The notes beneath the pieces are model-generated. The model saw nothing but the letters and a program-made list of their open reading frames with translations. It was not told the origin of the DNA and did not search any database. A program made the position numbers and the translations under genes. Positions 47,889-62,449 of a stretch of 64,000 bases of DNA are shown here, one piece after another. This stretch comes from Eledone cirrhosa (Eukaryota), in contig OZ024746.1 in the NCBI GenBank assembly GCA_964016885.1, positions 97,836,001 through 97,900,000 of the forward strand, read 5' to 3'. Within the stretch, counting starts at the first letter, position 1. Each line of letters begins with the position of its first letter.

Positions 47889-48671
47889 TCTCTCAATACA
47901 TCCTATGCAATATTACAGTTTCATATCTTCTCTCTATATCCTTACTGTCTCTTCTATTAGATAGCTTCTTACCTCCTCCTTTCAGTAATCTCCATTTAAT
48001 ATGCTATGAAATATTGCTTTCTTGTAGACGTCCATATTCTTATTCCCCTCTCTTTAACCTAACAAACTGCTACATCTTTATTATACAATGTATTTCTCAG
48101 AGTACATTATCTACAACATCAGTGTGGCATATATATTAGTCAGATTAAAGGTTTAGTCAACCACATATGTGCTCAGTCCCTTTACATATCCTAGACTTTG
48201 TCATCAGATTTTGTTTTCATGTAGTTCTGATTTTTGTTTAGAATAGGTACACTGTATACCTACGACTTGTGTGGCTTAGTGGTAAGGGTGTTGGACGTAC
48301 AACCATAATATCATGGGTTCAATTTCTGGGCTGGGTTGCATTCTTGAGCAAAACACTTCATTTCACGTTGCTCTAGTATACTCAGTGCTACGAAAGCAGA
48401 ATAACCACCAGCATAATGGCCTTCTGGCTTGAGAAGAGAAAAAAGAAAAACACCTGCAACTATGACATCTTGCCATAGAACACTGCCTTAAAGTCTTGTC
48501 CAACCCATGCCAACATAAAACTAGGTGAGATATTATGTGAGGTAAAGCCTTTACCACAAAAATACAATAATATATAGAGAGTAATGTGCATATGATATAA
48601 AACTAAATACAGGTTTTCTCTGAATTATGCAGTTTTCTGAATTAAAATAAAGATTTCATTTAGAAATTTAA

Positions 48672-49032
48672 CCCTTTAATGTTCAAACTGGTCAAAACCA
48701 GCCAGAATTCTCTACCTCTTTCTTGAAACTGGCTGTAACTGGTCACTCAAACTGATGTTAAGGTATTGTTCTCAAAATAAATACTTTCAAAATCTCATAG
48801 ATTCGATATGTGAGATAATTATGCGAGATAAAGCCTTTACCATGAAAATACAATAGTAAATATAGAGTAATATAAATGTTATGTGAGATAATTATGTGAG
48901 ATAAAGCCTTTACCATGAAAATATAATAGTATATATAGAGTAATGTGAATGTTATGTGAGATAATTATGTGAGATAAAGCCTTTACCATGAAAATATAAT
49001 AGTATATATAGAGTAATGTGAATGCTAAAGGG
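48672..49032. mobile_element. piggyBac-type MITE with internal 73-bp repeats
   Basis: TTAA-CCCTTTA ... TAAAGGG-TTAA; GAGATAAAGCC at 48825, 48898 and 48971. Confidence 0.65.
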
Positions 49033-50092
49033 TTAAACTGCACAATTCAAAGAAAAACTTGTGTTTAGTTTTATATCATATAATGACCGAAAGAATATGG
49101 TTGTGAATACATGTGGTCAAAATGGGGACTGCCAAAGGGTCTTTGGATTAATGTTACTTGACAGAGTGCATAGTTTGGAGATCAAAGAGTCATTCCAGGT
49201 AGAGCCATCACTTCTCCACATTAAGAGATCACAGCTCTGATACTATGGGCATGGGGTTAGAATGTCTCAGGAAAGAATCACTGGATAGATTTTACAGGCA
49301 AAACCAGCCGACAGGAGACCCAGGGGTAAACCCTGAGCAAGATGGTTGGATAACATCCACCATGAGCTTGGTTGGTCATACTTGGGGATCCAGCCAGATC
49401 AGTTAGAGATGGTTGCTTCAGACAGGACTCACTAGAAGAAGTGTTTCAGGACTCTACCTCACAACACTCTCAGGAATAAGTAGGTGAAGATAAAGAGAAG
49501 AGAAAGAGAATAAAGATAGTTGTGAGAATATATAGTGTCATTAATCACTAGAGAGCTGTCACAAGTAACTAAGATTTATGTGTAGTTCACTGCCAAATGC
49601 TTCTCACAGTGATTAGGTATGCCAGCAATGTAACTCTAAATACAGAAATTACCACACAATGAAATTAGCAAATCAAACAAAAAAGAAATCTGTCTGAACA
49701 TTGAAGTTAAGACAGCAGCAAATATTTCCTTCCGGAGTCCATTCAGAGCAAAATGATATGAGCAATCCAGCAACAAAACAAACATTAAGAAGGAAAACCT
49801 CCAATAATCATAATGTACATAATGTATCAAAATGTTGGTTTGACATATTCCACTGAAAGACAGGAAATGACATCATAAGAGAGGAGATTTATAATCATAT
49901 AGGCAGAGGCATGGCTGTGTGGTTAAGAGGTTTGTTTCACAATCATACAGTTCTTGGTTCAGTCCTGCTGTGCAGTACATTGAGTAAATGTCTTCTACAG
50001 TAATGTCATGCTTGCCATTGATTTGTGTGTAGAATGCAGTAGGCAGTGAATACAGAAACCTGTCATTGATGTGTGTGTATATATATGTATGC

Positions 50093-50158
<66 letters not shown>

Positions 50159-50171
50159 ATATGTATGAATG

Positions 50172-50204
<33 letters not shown>

Positions 50205-50217
50205 ATATGTATGAATG

Positions 50218-50251
<34 letters not shown>

Positions 50252-50327
50252 GGTATGTATATATGTATGAATGTATATATATATATGTATATATGTATAT
50301 ATGTATGAATGTATATATATATATAGA

Positions 50328-50663
50328 GAAGGCACATGGCTTAGTGGTTAGAGCATTGGCCTTGCAATCCAAAGGTTGTGAGTTCAATTCTCAGACCAGG
50401 TGATGTGTTGTTTCCTTGAGCAAGACACTTTATTTCACATTGCTCCAGTTTACTCAGCTGTAGAAATGAGATGATAGGGACTGGAGTCCATATCATTCCA
50501 CTGCAAAGTGGTCGTGGAGGTGCCATGACAAAAAAGCACCCAGCACTCACTGTAAATGAGGTTGGTGTTAGGAAGGGCATCCAGCTGTAGAAATCAAGCC
50601 AGAATCAGTTCCCGTCCCACCCTTGCAAGCAGGGAAAAGCAGACGTAAAATGAAATGATGATG
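50328..50663 (+). mobile_element. SINE family B, full length
   Basis: Near-identical to 18593-18960. Confidence 0.88.
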
Positions 50664-50797
50664 ATATGTATGTATATATGTATGAATGTATATATATATA
50701 TATGTATGTATATATGAATGTATATATATATATATGAATGTATATATATATATGAATGTATATGTATATATATATATGAATGTATATATATATATGA

Positions 50798-50838
<41 letters not shown>

Positions 50839-52223
50839 AATGTATATATATATATGTATGAATGTATCTATATATATATATATATATATGTATGAATGTA
50901 TATATATATTTATATATATATATTCTTTTACTCTTTTACCTGTTTCAGCCATCCGGCTGAGGCCATGCAGGGGCACCGCCCTTGTTGCTACACATTTTAT
51001 CTCCAGCCTGTATAGGTTGGCCACTGGTGTAAGAGGGAGTTTGTTGCTGCTGCCCTTAGGTTTCCCTCGTGTCTTGCTGTGGGCTCATCATATATATATA
51101 TGTGAATGTATATATATATATTGTTATACTTTGGGAGGGTCATGTTGCCAATAAGAAACACACGCACCAGTTGCTTTCACTTCAATTTAATTTATTAAAT
51201 ATTTATAAATTTCTGGTTGGTTGGTTGGTTCCACAACCAGATAGTTGTTTATATATATATAGTCATAGTTCTTTCGTCACACACTCTGTGACCTCTTCAG
51301 TGACTGGGGATTTATTTCTTCGTTTCTGTGCCTTTCCTTTCTTCTATCCTACGCCATTTTGTTTGTGTGTGGGTTGCGTGCTCAGTTTGCGCATGCGCCA
51401 CATCCGGGTGTCTGTGTGTGTTTGTGTTCATTTTTCTATTTTTCTATTTATATTTTTCTATTTGTTTGTTTATTTATTTATTTATTGTTGGTTGGTTGTT
51501 TGTTCTATGTGTGTGTGTGTTTTCATTTTGTCTTGTGTGTGTTTTCATTTTGTGTGTGTTTTCAATTGTAAGTTGTTTGTTCGATGTGTGTGTGTGTTTT
51601 CATTTTGTCCTCAATTGTAAGTTGTGATGTTGCTGTTCCACTCATATTTTCTATTTAATTTTGGTTTTAATTCTTTTATGCTTACTGCCTCTGTAATTTG
51701 CCTAAACATTGCGTCTTTCTTGTGTGTGGATTCTATTTTTATTTCTATGCTCTCTAATTTACCCCTGTGTTCTATCTTAGCATGTTGGTAGAGCACAGAT
51801 GATTCTTTACTATCTTGGAGGTCTCGCCAGTGTTCATTTATTCGTGGAACGAATAAATGAACACTGGGGTAAATTAGAGAGCATAGAAATAAAAATAGAA
51901 TCCACACACAAGAAAGACACAATGTTTAGGCAAATTACAGAGGCAGTAAGCATAAAAGAATTAAAACCAAAATTAAATAGAAAATATGAGTGGAACAGCA
52001 ACATCACAACTTACAATTAAGGACAAAATGAAAACACACACACACATAGAACAAACAACTTACAATTGAAAACACACACAAAATGAAAACACACACAAGA
52101 CAAAATGAAAACACACACACACATAGAACAAACAACCAACCAACAATAAATAAATAAATAAACAAACAAATAGAAAAATATAAATAGAAAAATAGAAAAA
52201 TGAACACAAACACACACAGACAC

Positions 52224-52279
52224 CCGGATGTGGCGCATGCGCAAACTGAGCACGCAACCCACACACAAACAAAATGGCG
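52224..52279 (+). promoter_or_regulatory. Putative pLTR promoter: ETS, NRF1 and YY1-like motifs
   Basis: CCGGATGT (52224), GCGCATGCGC (52233) and AAAATGGCG (52271), clustered about 50-100 bp upstream of the HHR. Confidence 0.45.
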
Positions 52280-52325
52280 TAGGATAGAAGAAAGGAAAGG
52301 CACAGAAACGAAGAAATAAATCCCC

Positions 52326-52370
52326 AGTCACTGAAGAGGTCACAGAGTGTGTGACGAAAGAACTATGACT
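52326..52370 (+). ncRNA. Minimal type I hammerhead (minus copy at 51261-51305)
   Basis: AGTCA-CTGAAGA-gGTCACAgagtgTGTGAC-GAAA-GAAC-TA-TGACT; NUH=CUA. Confidence 0.78.
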
Positions 52371-52837
52371 ATATATATATAAACAACTATCTGGTTGTGG
52401 AACCAACCAACCAACCAGAAATTTATAAATATTTAATAAATTAAATTGAAGTGAAAGCAACTGGTGCGTGTGTTTCTTATTGGCAACATGACCCTCCCAA
52501 AGTATAACAATATCGGTTTCAACACACGATTTCAGATAAAGAATCTTGCTAAACAAATTCAGAAACGAAATATATATATATATATATATATATCATCATC
52601 ATCATCATCATCATCGTTTAACGTCCATTTTCCACGCTAGCATGGGTCTGGACAGGAATTGTCCACTTGAGGCAAGATTGGTTGTCTTGCTCAGGACTGT
52701 CTGGCAGGTTTTCTACAGCTGGATGCCCTTCCTAACGCCAACCACGTTTACAGTGTGGTTTACTGGTGGTTTCCCGGTGGTTTCCCTGTTTTATTGATGG
52801 CACACTATCTCTCTAGTGTGTTACCTTTTCAACATAT

Positions 52838-52874
<37 letters not shown>

Positions 52875-54512
52875 AGAGAGAGAGAGAGAGAGTGAGAGAG
52901 CGCGAGAGAGAATTATAGCAATTTTCAGTTTCCGTTAGAGTAATCAATTAATTTAATTATGTTACAAGAATCAGAGGCCTCTTACAGCAGTCTTTTACTT
53001 AACAGTCGAATTATTTCATTTGGTAAATCCTGTGTTAGTTCCACTAAAGTTTCCAAGTGTAACAATTTACAGAGTATATATAGAAATTTATGAAATTATT
53101 ATTTACAACATCACAATCCAGAAGAGTGGGAATAACATTTATTGCATAACACTGACATGCGTTTCATTGATGTGTAACATATCAGTCTAGGATCGCAATA
53201 ATTGTTATTTCCTTTCTTCTGGATTGTGATGTTTTAAATAATAATTTTGTAAATTTATACATATATATATATATATATATATATATGTAGGTGTGTGTGT
53301 GTAGGTGTGTGTGTGTGTGTAAAAGATAAACAGAAATAACAACAAATGGCACAATACATGGAAGAAATATATTAGTTTAATGCTTGAAATAGCTGGAAGA
53401 GAGTCTTAACCTTTCAGACACTAGTCCTTCACCAGAAGATAGAGTTAAATATAGAAGATCAATAGAAAGTATTGAATGATAAGAGGAAGGAACGGGGAAA
53501 AAATGAGAAGAAAAACAAACACGTGCGTGTATTCAGTCAGCCATCTTGGAGGGTGTGTTTGTGTATGTTTATGTCATGTACCTTAACAATTAGACCAAAA
53601 GAAGATTGATAATATAAGTATCAGATGCAAACAAGAAAGTACTGGGGTTGATGAGTTGACTAAATCAAGAGTGCCCCAGCATGGTTGCAATCTAATGACT
53701 GGAAACCAGTAAAATGTGATATGTTACCCATGTGGTTTGGTTGGGAGGGGATATATTTAAAATGTTCTGAGAGACACATCTTTTCTGTAAGGGGTACGAA
53801 AGGGCAGATCTGGCTTTATGGGAAAGTATTTGAAAGGACTATGAAAGCCATAAATAAGAGTAAAAGAAGGGGAAAATCAAGGACTCTAGAGCCACAGAAA
53901 AAAGGGAGGGGGAAGGGGTGATGGGCTCTGGGACTATGGCACAGCGGTGCTGGAGCTGCACCTGACAGACAAGACTGCAAAAGCATTTCTGCGAACAATC
54001 GCCAGCGACACCCACTGCAACAGCCACCCCACTTCACAGGGTTCCCTCCTCTTATAAACTTAGTCTTGACAAATGCATGTTTATCTGGATAAAGGTAAAA
54101 TAAATTTAACATTAGATTCAAATAAAGTCACCATACAATATCATCATTATCCTCATCATCGGTGGTGGATTGACAGTATTGGTAGAGGGTCGGTCGCCAT
54201 GCTTTGCAGCAAAGAGTTACGGCTCTTTATGGTCTGAGTTCAAATACCGCCGAGGTTAATTTTGCCTTTCATCCTTACAGGATCGATAAAATAAAGTACC
54301 AGTAATGTACTGGGTAATTGCTGGCCATGTGCCAAAAGTAGAAACAAATATTATCCTCATCATCATTGTTACATCTACTTTCTATGTCTGCTATATGTTG
54401 GTCAGGTCATCACGGTCTGAGACCAGACTGGTCAGAGAACCATGTCTAGCTCCTACATTCCATAGTTTGACATACTTTCTATAGCTGGATGTCTTTTCTT
54501 ATGTCACTCATT

Positions 54513-55020
54513 TTACAGAGTGTGCTGGTTGTATTTTATCATGACACCATCACAACCACCTTACAGAGTGTACTGGGTGTATTTTATCATGGCACCATCA
54601 CAACCACCTTACAGAGTGTACTGGGTGTATTTTATCATGGCACCATCACAACCACCTTTCAGAGTGTACTGGGTGTATTTTATCATGGCACCATCACAAC
54701 CACCTTACAGAGTGTGCTGGGTGTATTTTATTGTGGCTCAAACCACAGAGGTTGCCATGAGCTTAGCAAAACCGAAGAGTCCTCTCTACACTATATTGTC
54801 TCTATTTGATCACAGACCAATTAACAGAATGTACTGGGTGCATTTCACTGTGACACTAGCATTAAATACTTTACACTCTGTATTAGGTGCATTTTATCAT
54901 GGCACCAGCACAACGACTTTACAGAATGTATGAGGTGCATTTTATTATAGCACGAGTACCACTTTACAGAATGCATTAGGTGCATTTTATCATGATACCA
55001 ACACAACCACTTTACATTTT
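54513..55020 (-). repeat. 48-bp minisatellite derived from a SINE B-like tail segment
   Basis: Unit TTACAGAGTGTACTGGGTGTATTTTATCATGGCACCATCACAACCACC; related array in the opposite orientation at 55681-55870. Confidence 0.8.
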
Positions 55021-56816
55021 ACCAGCACTAGAGAGGTTGTGATGTTGTTTAATAACATAAATAATATAATATAGCAATTTTCCAAGTCCATCTACTAAAT
55101 CTAAATCTTTTAAAACATTCCATATTTCTCAGAAAAATGCCTTAAATTTATTAAATGGATTTACATACTTTAAAATTTGTTCAGAGATTTTAATCTCATA
55201 CCTTTTAGGTAAATATTTATCTTTAATTCTATATTCAGTTATATGTTCATTATTAATGTTTTTTTATTTTTATTTTTTCTAGTGAAGCCATTAGTATCTA
55301 GAATTGAAAAGTAAGAATTCCCCAAACCATGAAGCATTATATTTAAGTAAAATTGATAGGTAGTATGTATTTATTTAGAAGGTAGAAGGCATGTCAGAAA
55401 GTTTTGTTTGAATAATATGAAACATTACCGGAGGTAAAGTAGCCAACGTGATGTATATGTGTCAGTAATATTGACATAGAAACTCTGGACACTAAACACT
55501 ATATTGAAATATAACATTTCTTTAAGTCATTATTTTTATGATGGCATGATTAGACCTGCTTCTACATTATATATTATTTAGGAGACAGCCTCTCTTGCAA
55601 TAAATCTATTTTGCTTACCATCAACCTATTGTTGTACATACTTGATCTATTATTTTAACCCTTCCATTTCAATATTTCTAGGTGGTTGTGTAGGTGCCAT
55701 GACAAAAAGCATCCAACCTATACTGTAAAGTGGTCGTGTAAGTGAAATGACAAAAAGTGCCCAGTCCACACTGTAAAGTGGTCAATGTAGGTGTCATGAC
55801 AAAATCACCCAGTCCATACTGTAAAGTGGTCATGTAGGTGTCACAACAAAAGGCACCCAGCACACACACTAGATGTGGTTGGTGTTAGGAAGGGCATCCA
55901 GCCATAGAAACCAAGCTAAAATCAGTTCTGTATAAGCAAGACATGGTCATCTGACCTGGCTTGTCTCACAATGGGGCAACTTGTCTCACCCATGCTAGCA
56001 TAGAAATATGGGCATTAAACAGTGATGATGATGATGATGTGTGTGTAGGTTTACTATTTGTTTATATTTCATTATCTAGCACTTCAACAAGTAAAGATCA
56101 ATAAAATAATTACTGGGTTTGGTACGAGCATGGCCATTTCAGTTATTAGTCTATGGCCATTAAACTAATAACTGAAATCAGTAAAAGAATAAAAGAGTAT
56201 ATCTATTGCATTCGTAGGGTTTTATATTGAATAATATTTGATTTGTTTGCAAGCTAACAGCCTCATTATGCTGAGTTTTAGATGACCATTGTCCTCCTTT
56301 TGTTCTAGCAGTGACAGAGAGAAACAACCGACATAAGAGAATACTAGATAGTTTCAAGAGTTCTAGTGAGTGACAGGAGAGAGATACACAATCTTGACAA
56401 AGGGCAATAACCCAGAAACAGTATTATTGTTGATTGTTTCTCTGTCATCGCTAGAACAAAAGGATGACAATGGTCATTTATAAAACATAGCGTAATGCAA
56501 ACGAATCGAATCCGCCGAGGTTGACTTTGCCTTTCATCCTTACGGGGTCGATAAAATAAAGTACCAGTAATGCACTGGGTAATTGCTGGCCTTGTGCCTA
56601 AAGTAGAGACAATTATTATTCAATATAAAACTCATGAATACTTTTGTGTATCCGCTATGTTAGAGCGAAAAATTTAATTCTGATTTTGTTTTTTAATATA
56701 TCCATTTTTTAAAATATACCGTATTTCCCAGCCTTGAAAATGCTACTTTTTTCCTAAAATAAGTCTCAAAAATCTACCATGCGTCCTGGAGGCCAAAGGT
56801 TGTTTATTCGACCTCG

Positions 56817-57135
56817 AAAAGGTTGTGAGTTCAATTCTCAGACCGGGTGATGTGTTGTTTCCTTGAGCAAGACATTTTATTTCACATTGCTCCAGTTTAC
56901 TCAGCTGTAGAAATGAGATGATAGGGACTGGGGTCCCTATCATTCCCCTGCAAAGTGGTCGTGAAGGTGCCACAGAAAAAAAGCACCCAGCACTCACTGT
57001 AAATGAGGTTGGTGTTAGGAAGGGCATCCAGCTGTAGAAATCAAGCCAGAATCAGTTCCTGTCCCACCCTTGCAAGCAGGGAAAAGCGGACGTAAAATAA
57101 GGAGGAGGAGGAGGAGGAGGAGGAGGAGGAGGACG
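56817..57135 (+). mobile_element. SINE family B, 5'-truncated, nested in a MITE
   Basis: Family B body between MITE ends at 56719 and about 57163. Confidence 0.8.
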
Positions 57136-58715
57136 AAGGGGAGGACGAGCACCGGGGAAATACAATACTTTTTCTATTTTTCACTTCAGAAAGTAGTTAC
57201 CTGATCAGTGTTAGAGAATATTAACCAAATATGATAGACATCTGAAGAAGACCAGATGGTACAACAGATGCAACATTGTGATTATAACAACCAAGATGAT
57301 AACACTTGTCTGAACCATGTCTAGATAGATCTTTTTATAATATCTCGGTGTTGTCAGTCAAACATAAAAATTCTAAGAAAATTCTAAAAAATATTAAAAA
57401 ATATTTTCAAATATTTAACACTTTCATGACCACATTTCTAATGAAATACACTCTATATTAATTAATTAATGAAGAATTTTGATGGATTTACTAAAATTAT
57501 TAATTATTTCATTAAGATAGTAACTTAATGTAAGGTTCTTATATAAAATTATGTTGGAAGATCTTAATTTAAAATGGAAACTTTTAAAACGGGTGGTTTT
57601 ATTTCATAGAACCAGAGCTGGTTTTGGCTGGGTTGGTAACTAAAGACTGAGGATAACTTAGGTTGATTTTGCAATTTATCTTTACAGAGTTGGTAAAGTA
57701 CCAATCAACTACTGGAGTCAATTTAATCTACTTTCCCACTCACTAAATTGCTAGACATAGTCAAATTAGGAACCAACACCATGGTTGTGCCCCAGCATGA
57801 TCGCAGCTAAATGACTGAAGCTTCTAAAAGACTAAAAGAATACAGTTATAAATCTATAGATATTCTCTAGCCATCTGCTATGCTATATATTTTGGCCAGC
57901 TTTGTAATTGATCAATATATTTCCTTCTTAAACGAGATGCTGCAATTTGGAGCATTGCATTATATCTGGGCACCTCGCTATAGGCCAGAATCAGATTATA
58001 TTATTGTTAAATCACTAATAGAATTCATAGCTGACCGTTTCTCTAGTTCTTGTTTTCATTTAGTTTATTTAGTTATTATCCTATTTAAGTTGTCTTATTT
58101 TGATATGAATAACAAGTGCCCAATTAGAAACAATAAATTAGTTGATATTACCGAAATTGCCAACCACCTTTACCATGATAATATAATAGTATATATAGAG
58201 TAATGTAAATGGTAAAGGGTTAAAGGAATATTTAGATATTTCCTATCAATTCTACCTCTCATTCCTCATTGTCCAACAGTGTGGAGAATTTCATCAATAT
58301 TCTTTGCTTATGATTAATATATATACACTGTAAATGTGGTTGGTGTTACGAAGGGCATACAGCTGTAGAAAACCCGCCAGGCAGTCCTATACGAGCAAAA
58401 CAACCAATCTTGTGTCACGTGGGACAACTCCCATCTAAACCCATGCTAGCGTGGAAGATAGACGTTAAACGACGATGATGATGATGATGATGACACTGTA
58501 TCACTATATGTCATAAGAAGCAACTAAAGTGAGTGGTACCAAGAAGAGTATCTACCTGTAAAACATTGAAATAAAATTAAGGATACAATGACAAGTATGA
58601 ATCCTATGGGGCCCACATGGCTTAACCCTGCTTTAGAAGATAAAATTGCCTTAAAACACTTATATAAAAACAAAATTTAAAAAAATAAAATAAAATAAAA
58701 TAAAATAAAATAAAA

Positions 58716-58955
58716 ATGGTGGCGATGGTGATAGTGGTGGTGGTGGTGATGGTGGTGGTGGTAGTGATGGTGATGGTGGTGGTGATGGTGGTAGTGATGG
58801 TGATGGTAGTGGCGGCGGTGGTGGTGATGGTGGTGGTGACGATGGTGCTGACGACAACAGTGGTGATGATCATGTGACGACGATGACAGTGGTGATGATG
58901 GTCGTGATGGTGATGATGACAATGATGATGATGACAATGACAAGGAGGAGGAGGA
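58716..58955. repeat. (GGT)n/(GAT)n trinucleotide repeat
   Basis: Direct reading. Confidence 0.9.
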
Positions 58956-59328
58956 ACTCTTTAAAATAAATAGCTTAGTATCATAGAACGATGGGTTGTG
59001 GTTTCAGGCAATTTGGTATGAAAAAGGTCCAGTGGTGTGGTCCTGCTTACACCACTGCCAATACACACTGTTGGCCCCTAGTTGGCCCCTAACTGCATTA
59101 GTTTAGCATCTCTATCTCTCAGCATCAATAATCTTGAGGAATATAAATATTGATACATTATTCATATTTTTTGTTGGATGAATCGGTAAATAAAGTTTCC
59201 CACCTCTCTATCTTGTTGGACAGAGAGATGTTAAAACACACACACATGTGCACACACACACACATGTATATATATGTGTATATATATATATATGTATATA
59301 TATATGTATATATATATATATGTGTATA

Positions 59329-59369
<41 letters not shown>

Positions 59370-59700
59370 ATATATATATGTATATATATGTGTGTGTATA
59401 TATATATGTATATATATGTATATATATATGTATATATATGTATATATATATATGTATATATATATGTATATATATATGTGTATATATATGTATATATATA
59501 TATGTATATATATATGTATATATATATGTGTATATATATGTATATATATATATGTGTGTATATATATATATGTGTGTATATATATGTATATATATATATA
59601 TGTGTATATATATGTATATATATATGTGTGTATATATATGTCTATATATATACATGTGTATATATATGTATATATATATATATATATATATGTGTGTATA

Positions 59701-59761
<61 letters not shown>

Positions 59762-59775
59762 ATATATATGTATAT

Positions 59776-60495
59776 AATAGAAAGCATTACAATAATTCCA
59801 AAGGCCAAAAAAGAAATAGAACTAGGAACATAATTTGGTTTGCCCCCCCTTTCTCACTAAACATTAAAATCCACATCGCTAAATTATTTTTCAAAGCTCT
59901 TGATAATCGCTTCCCTAGAACACATAGGTATCACTCAATTTTCAATAGGCCTACAATTAAATTAACCTACTCATCCACCAAAAATTTAGCACAAAATATT
60001 AATAGAATAAATAATAGGAACTTAAAACCTAGTGATAATAGCATAAATAATATACAAGTTAACAAATGTAACTGTAGAGATAGATCTAAATGTCCGTTAA
60101 ATAACAACTGCTTAGTTAAAAATATAGTATACAATTGTAATGTTAATACTGACTCTAATTCTTTTAACTACGTCGGTTCTACATCGACGGAATTTAAACT
60201 TCGCTATAATAACCACAAGAATACTTTCACGGATCCAAGTAAAAAATCTTCAACGGCACTATCAGGCGTACTCTGGCAACTTAAGCTAGATAACGTTAGA
60301 TATTCGACGGCTTGGAATATAGTCTCAAGAGGGATTCCTTTTAATTCATCCTCTGAGACATGTGACCTCTGCGCAGAGGAGATATTCTTTATACTAAAAT
60401 CTAAAAATTCCCTTAACCTACGGACAAATTTATTCAGTTGTTGCAAACATAGATTAAACTCAACGTTTAAATATAAATTTAAATTTAAAATGTAG
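59776..60495 (+). CDS. PLE (Naiad-like) linker + GIY-YIG endonuclease, 5'-truncated at a microsatellite
   Basis: [11 protein letters not shown]...IFNR.TIKLTYS, CNC...CPL...CL, IVY...[24 protein letters not shown]...CKH; open for about 240 codons. Confidence 0.8.
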   Translation, partial: NRKHYNNSKGQKRNRTRNIIWFAPPFSLNIKIHIAKLFFKALDNRFPRTHRYHSIFNRPTIKLTYSSTKNLAQNINRINNRNLKPSDNSINNIQVNKCNCRDRSKCPLNNNCLVKNIVYNCNVNTDSNSFNYVGSTSTEFKLRYNNHKNTFTDPSKKSSTALSGVLWQLKLDNVRYSTAWNIVSRGIPFNSSSETCDLCAEEIFFILKSKNSLNLRTNLFSCCKHRLNSTFKYKFKFKM

Positions 60496-61415
60496 TATAT
60501 TTAGTTTGATTTATATTTATATGGGAAACTAGCCGATAAATTTTTGATTCCTAAATTTTTGATTCCTTCTTTTTATTCTTTTTTTATTGTTTATTTTTAT
60601 TTTATATTTATTTTTATTTAAACATTCCTCATGAAAAATTAAGCTACCCTAAAAGCTGATGCTCCAATTATTTTGAATAAACCTTACACTAGATAAACTT
60701 CTATATTAAATATAAGAACATATGTAGACCAAATTGGACGTCATAAACTTTTTGAAATGATCTTTGCTAGATGTGATTTGATAGATAATTTTTGGCTTTG
60801 TCTTGTAATGAACTTGGCAATATATTGTCAATTAACTTTGAAGGGTTGATCTTTGTGGTTTATTTTTATTTTTATCTTTTATTATTGTAGTATTTTATAA
60901 TATATTTTATAATATTTTTTATTTTTATTTTTATTTTTAATATCTTTAATATGTAAATTTTTAATACGTAATATTTTTTAATACGTAATAATTTTAATAT
61001 TTAATATTTTTATTATGTAATATTCTTTCGTAATATTTTTTTAGTTTTCTATTTTATTATTACTTATTTTTACTTATTATTATTATTGTTATCTTTTTAT
61101 ATTTTTATTTTTTTAGTTTTGTTTCTGATATATATTTTATTAGTATATTGAAATCTGCTCTCTATTTCTGCTTGATAGATAATCTTGTTGAGTAAAGACA
61201 GGAATAATAATACACATATATGTATGCTCAAATTTTTATACCACATTGAGAATGTTTTCCGTGAACTTAGAGTTTGCAGAGTGAATCATGTGGATTCGCA
61301 TGGATGTTTGTAGCTGTCACATAAACATATGAATTTTTTTAAAAAACTAAACATAAGATAATTAATTTTCACACACTATGGATACTTGTCTCATTCAGGA
61401 ATACTGATATTTACA

Positions 61416-62050
61416 ATATAGTGTAAGTTTTATAAATACTAATACATTAAAACATAGGGTTTTTACGCCTCGAATATATCTGGCTATTTTTAAATTTTTT
61501 TTTCTCTCGCTATTTTTTCTCTCTCTATATTTTTTTCTCTATATATATATCTCCCTTACATTAATACTTGAGCTAAATAAATAAATAAATAAATGTATCA
61601 TTGATACATTTACTCAAAATGACCTCCCACTACCTAATTTTCTATATATATATATGTATCTATCTCTATTTCCTCTCTCTCTATATATATATATCTCTTT
61701 CTGTTTCTTTACATGAAGTTCTTCGCTTTATCTATCTTTCCATCTCTCTATTTTGTTCCATGCATTTCTTCTTTTTCTTCCTTTTCTTCGTTTTCTGTCT
61801 TTCTTTCTTTTTTCTCTCTTTTTTTTCTCTCTTTCTTTCTCTCTGTGTAAAATTTTTTCACTGCCAGCTTAAACCTCTTCAAATGGAAGTCGGTGTTATA
61901 ACGGTATGTCGAATCTATTTATCTATAAAACTGTTTATATTGTATTTTGTCTGAGGAAGGCATAGCATATTGTTAATATGATATCCCCGAAATATATATA
62001 ATGAAATAAATATGGTTTTATAAATATAGTTTTCCATTTATTTAATATTG
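61416..62050 (+). mobile_element. Family F element; HHR-like core at 61951-61992
   Basis: Reverse complement of 24031-24662 at high identity; core CTGAGGA...GAAA. Confidence 0.75.
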
Positions 62051-62449
62051 TATATTTATATATATATATTTATTTATATATATATATTTATTTATATATA
62101 TATATTTATTTATATATATATTTATTTATATATATATTTATTTATATATATATTTATTTATATATATATTTATTTTTATATATATTTATTTATATATATA
62201 TGTATATATATTTATATATATGTTTATATCATCATCATCATCATCATCTTTTAACGTCCATTAAAAATAATGAATAAAAACAAAGAAACAGTTCCTTATA
62301 TTAAACAATTCACCATTTTACGATCGTTTCTAGGATATATATGTGTGTGTTGGTATGTATATCATATAGATCTATGTAAAAAATTTACAAACTATCAGAG
62401 GGAATATACATACCTACACATATATATGCTGTCTTCAGAAATAATGATA

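Larger units (their letters stand above)
51118..52575. mobile_element. PLE 3' end as near-perfect fold-back (GIY-YIG C-terminus + pLTR)
   Basis: Arms 51118-51845 (minus) / 51849-52575 (plus); both encode RINEHW...DAMFRQITEAVSIKELKPKLNRKYEW. Confidence 0.82.

Noticed and set aside
47497-47896. Gly-rich / Val-rich ORFs (also His/Thr/Pro-rich at 58622-58943)
   Set aside because: Trinucleotide repeat translations.
49636-49870. Possible minus-strand exon after a TTTCAG acceptor
   Set aside because: No recognisable product and no matching donor or frame.
56388-56428. Third possible U3-A8 core TTGACAA-GGG/CCC-GAAACAGTA
   Set aside because: Stem I out of register and element decayed; too weak to call.
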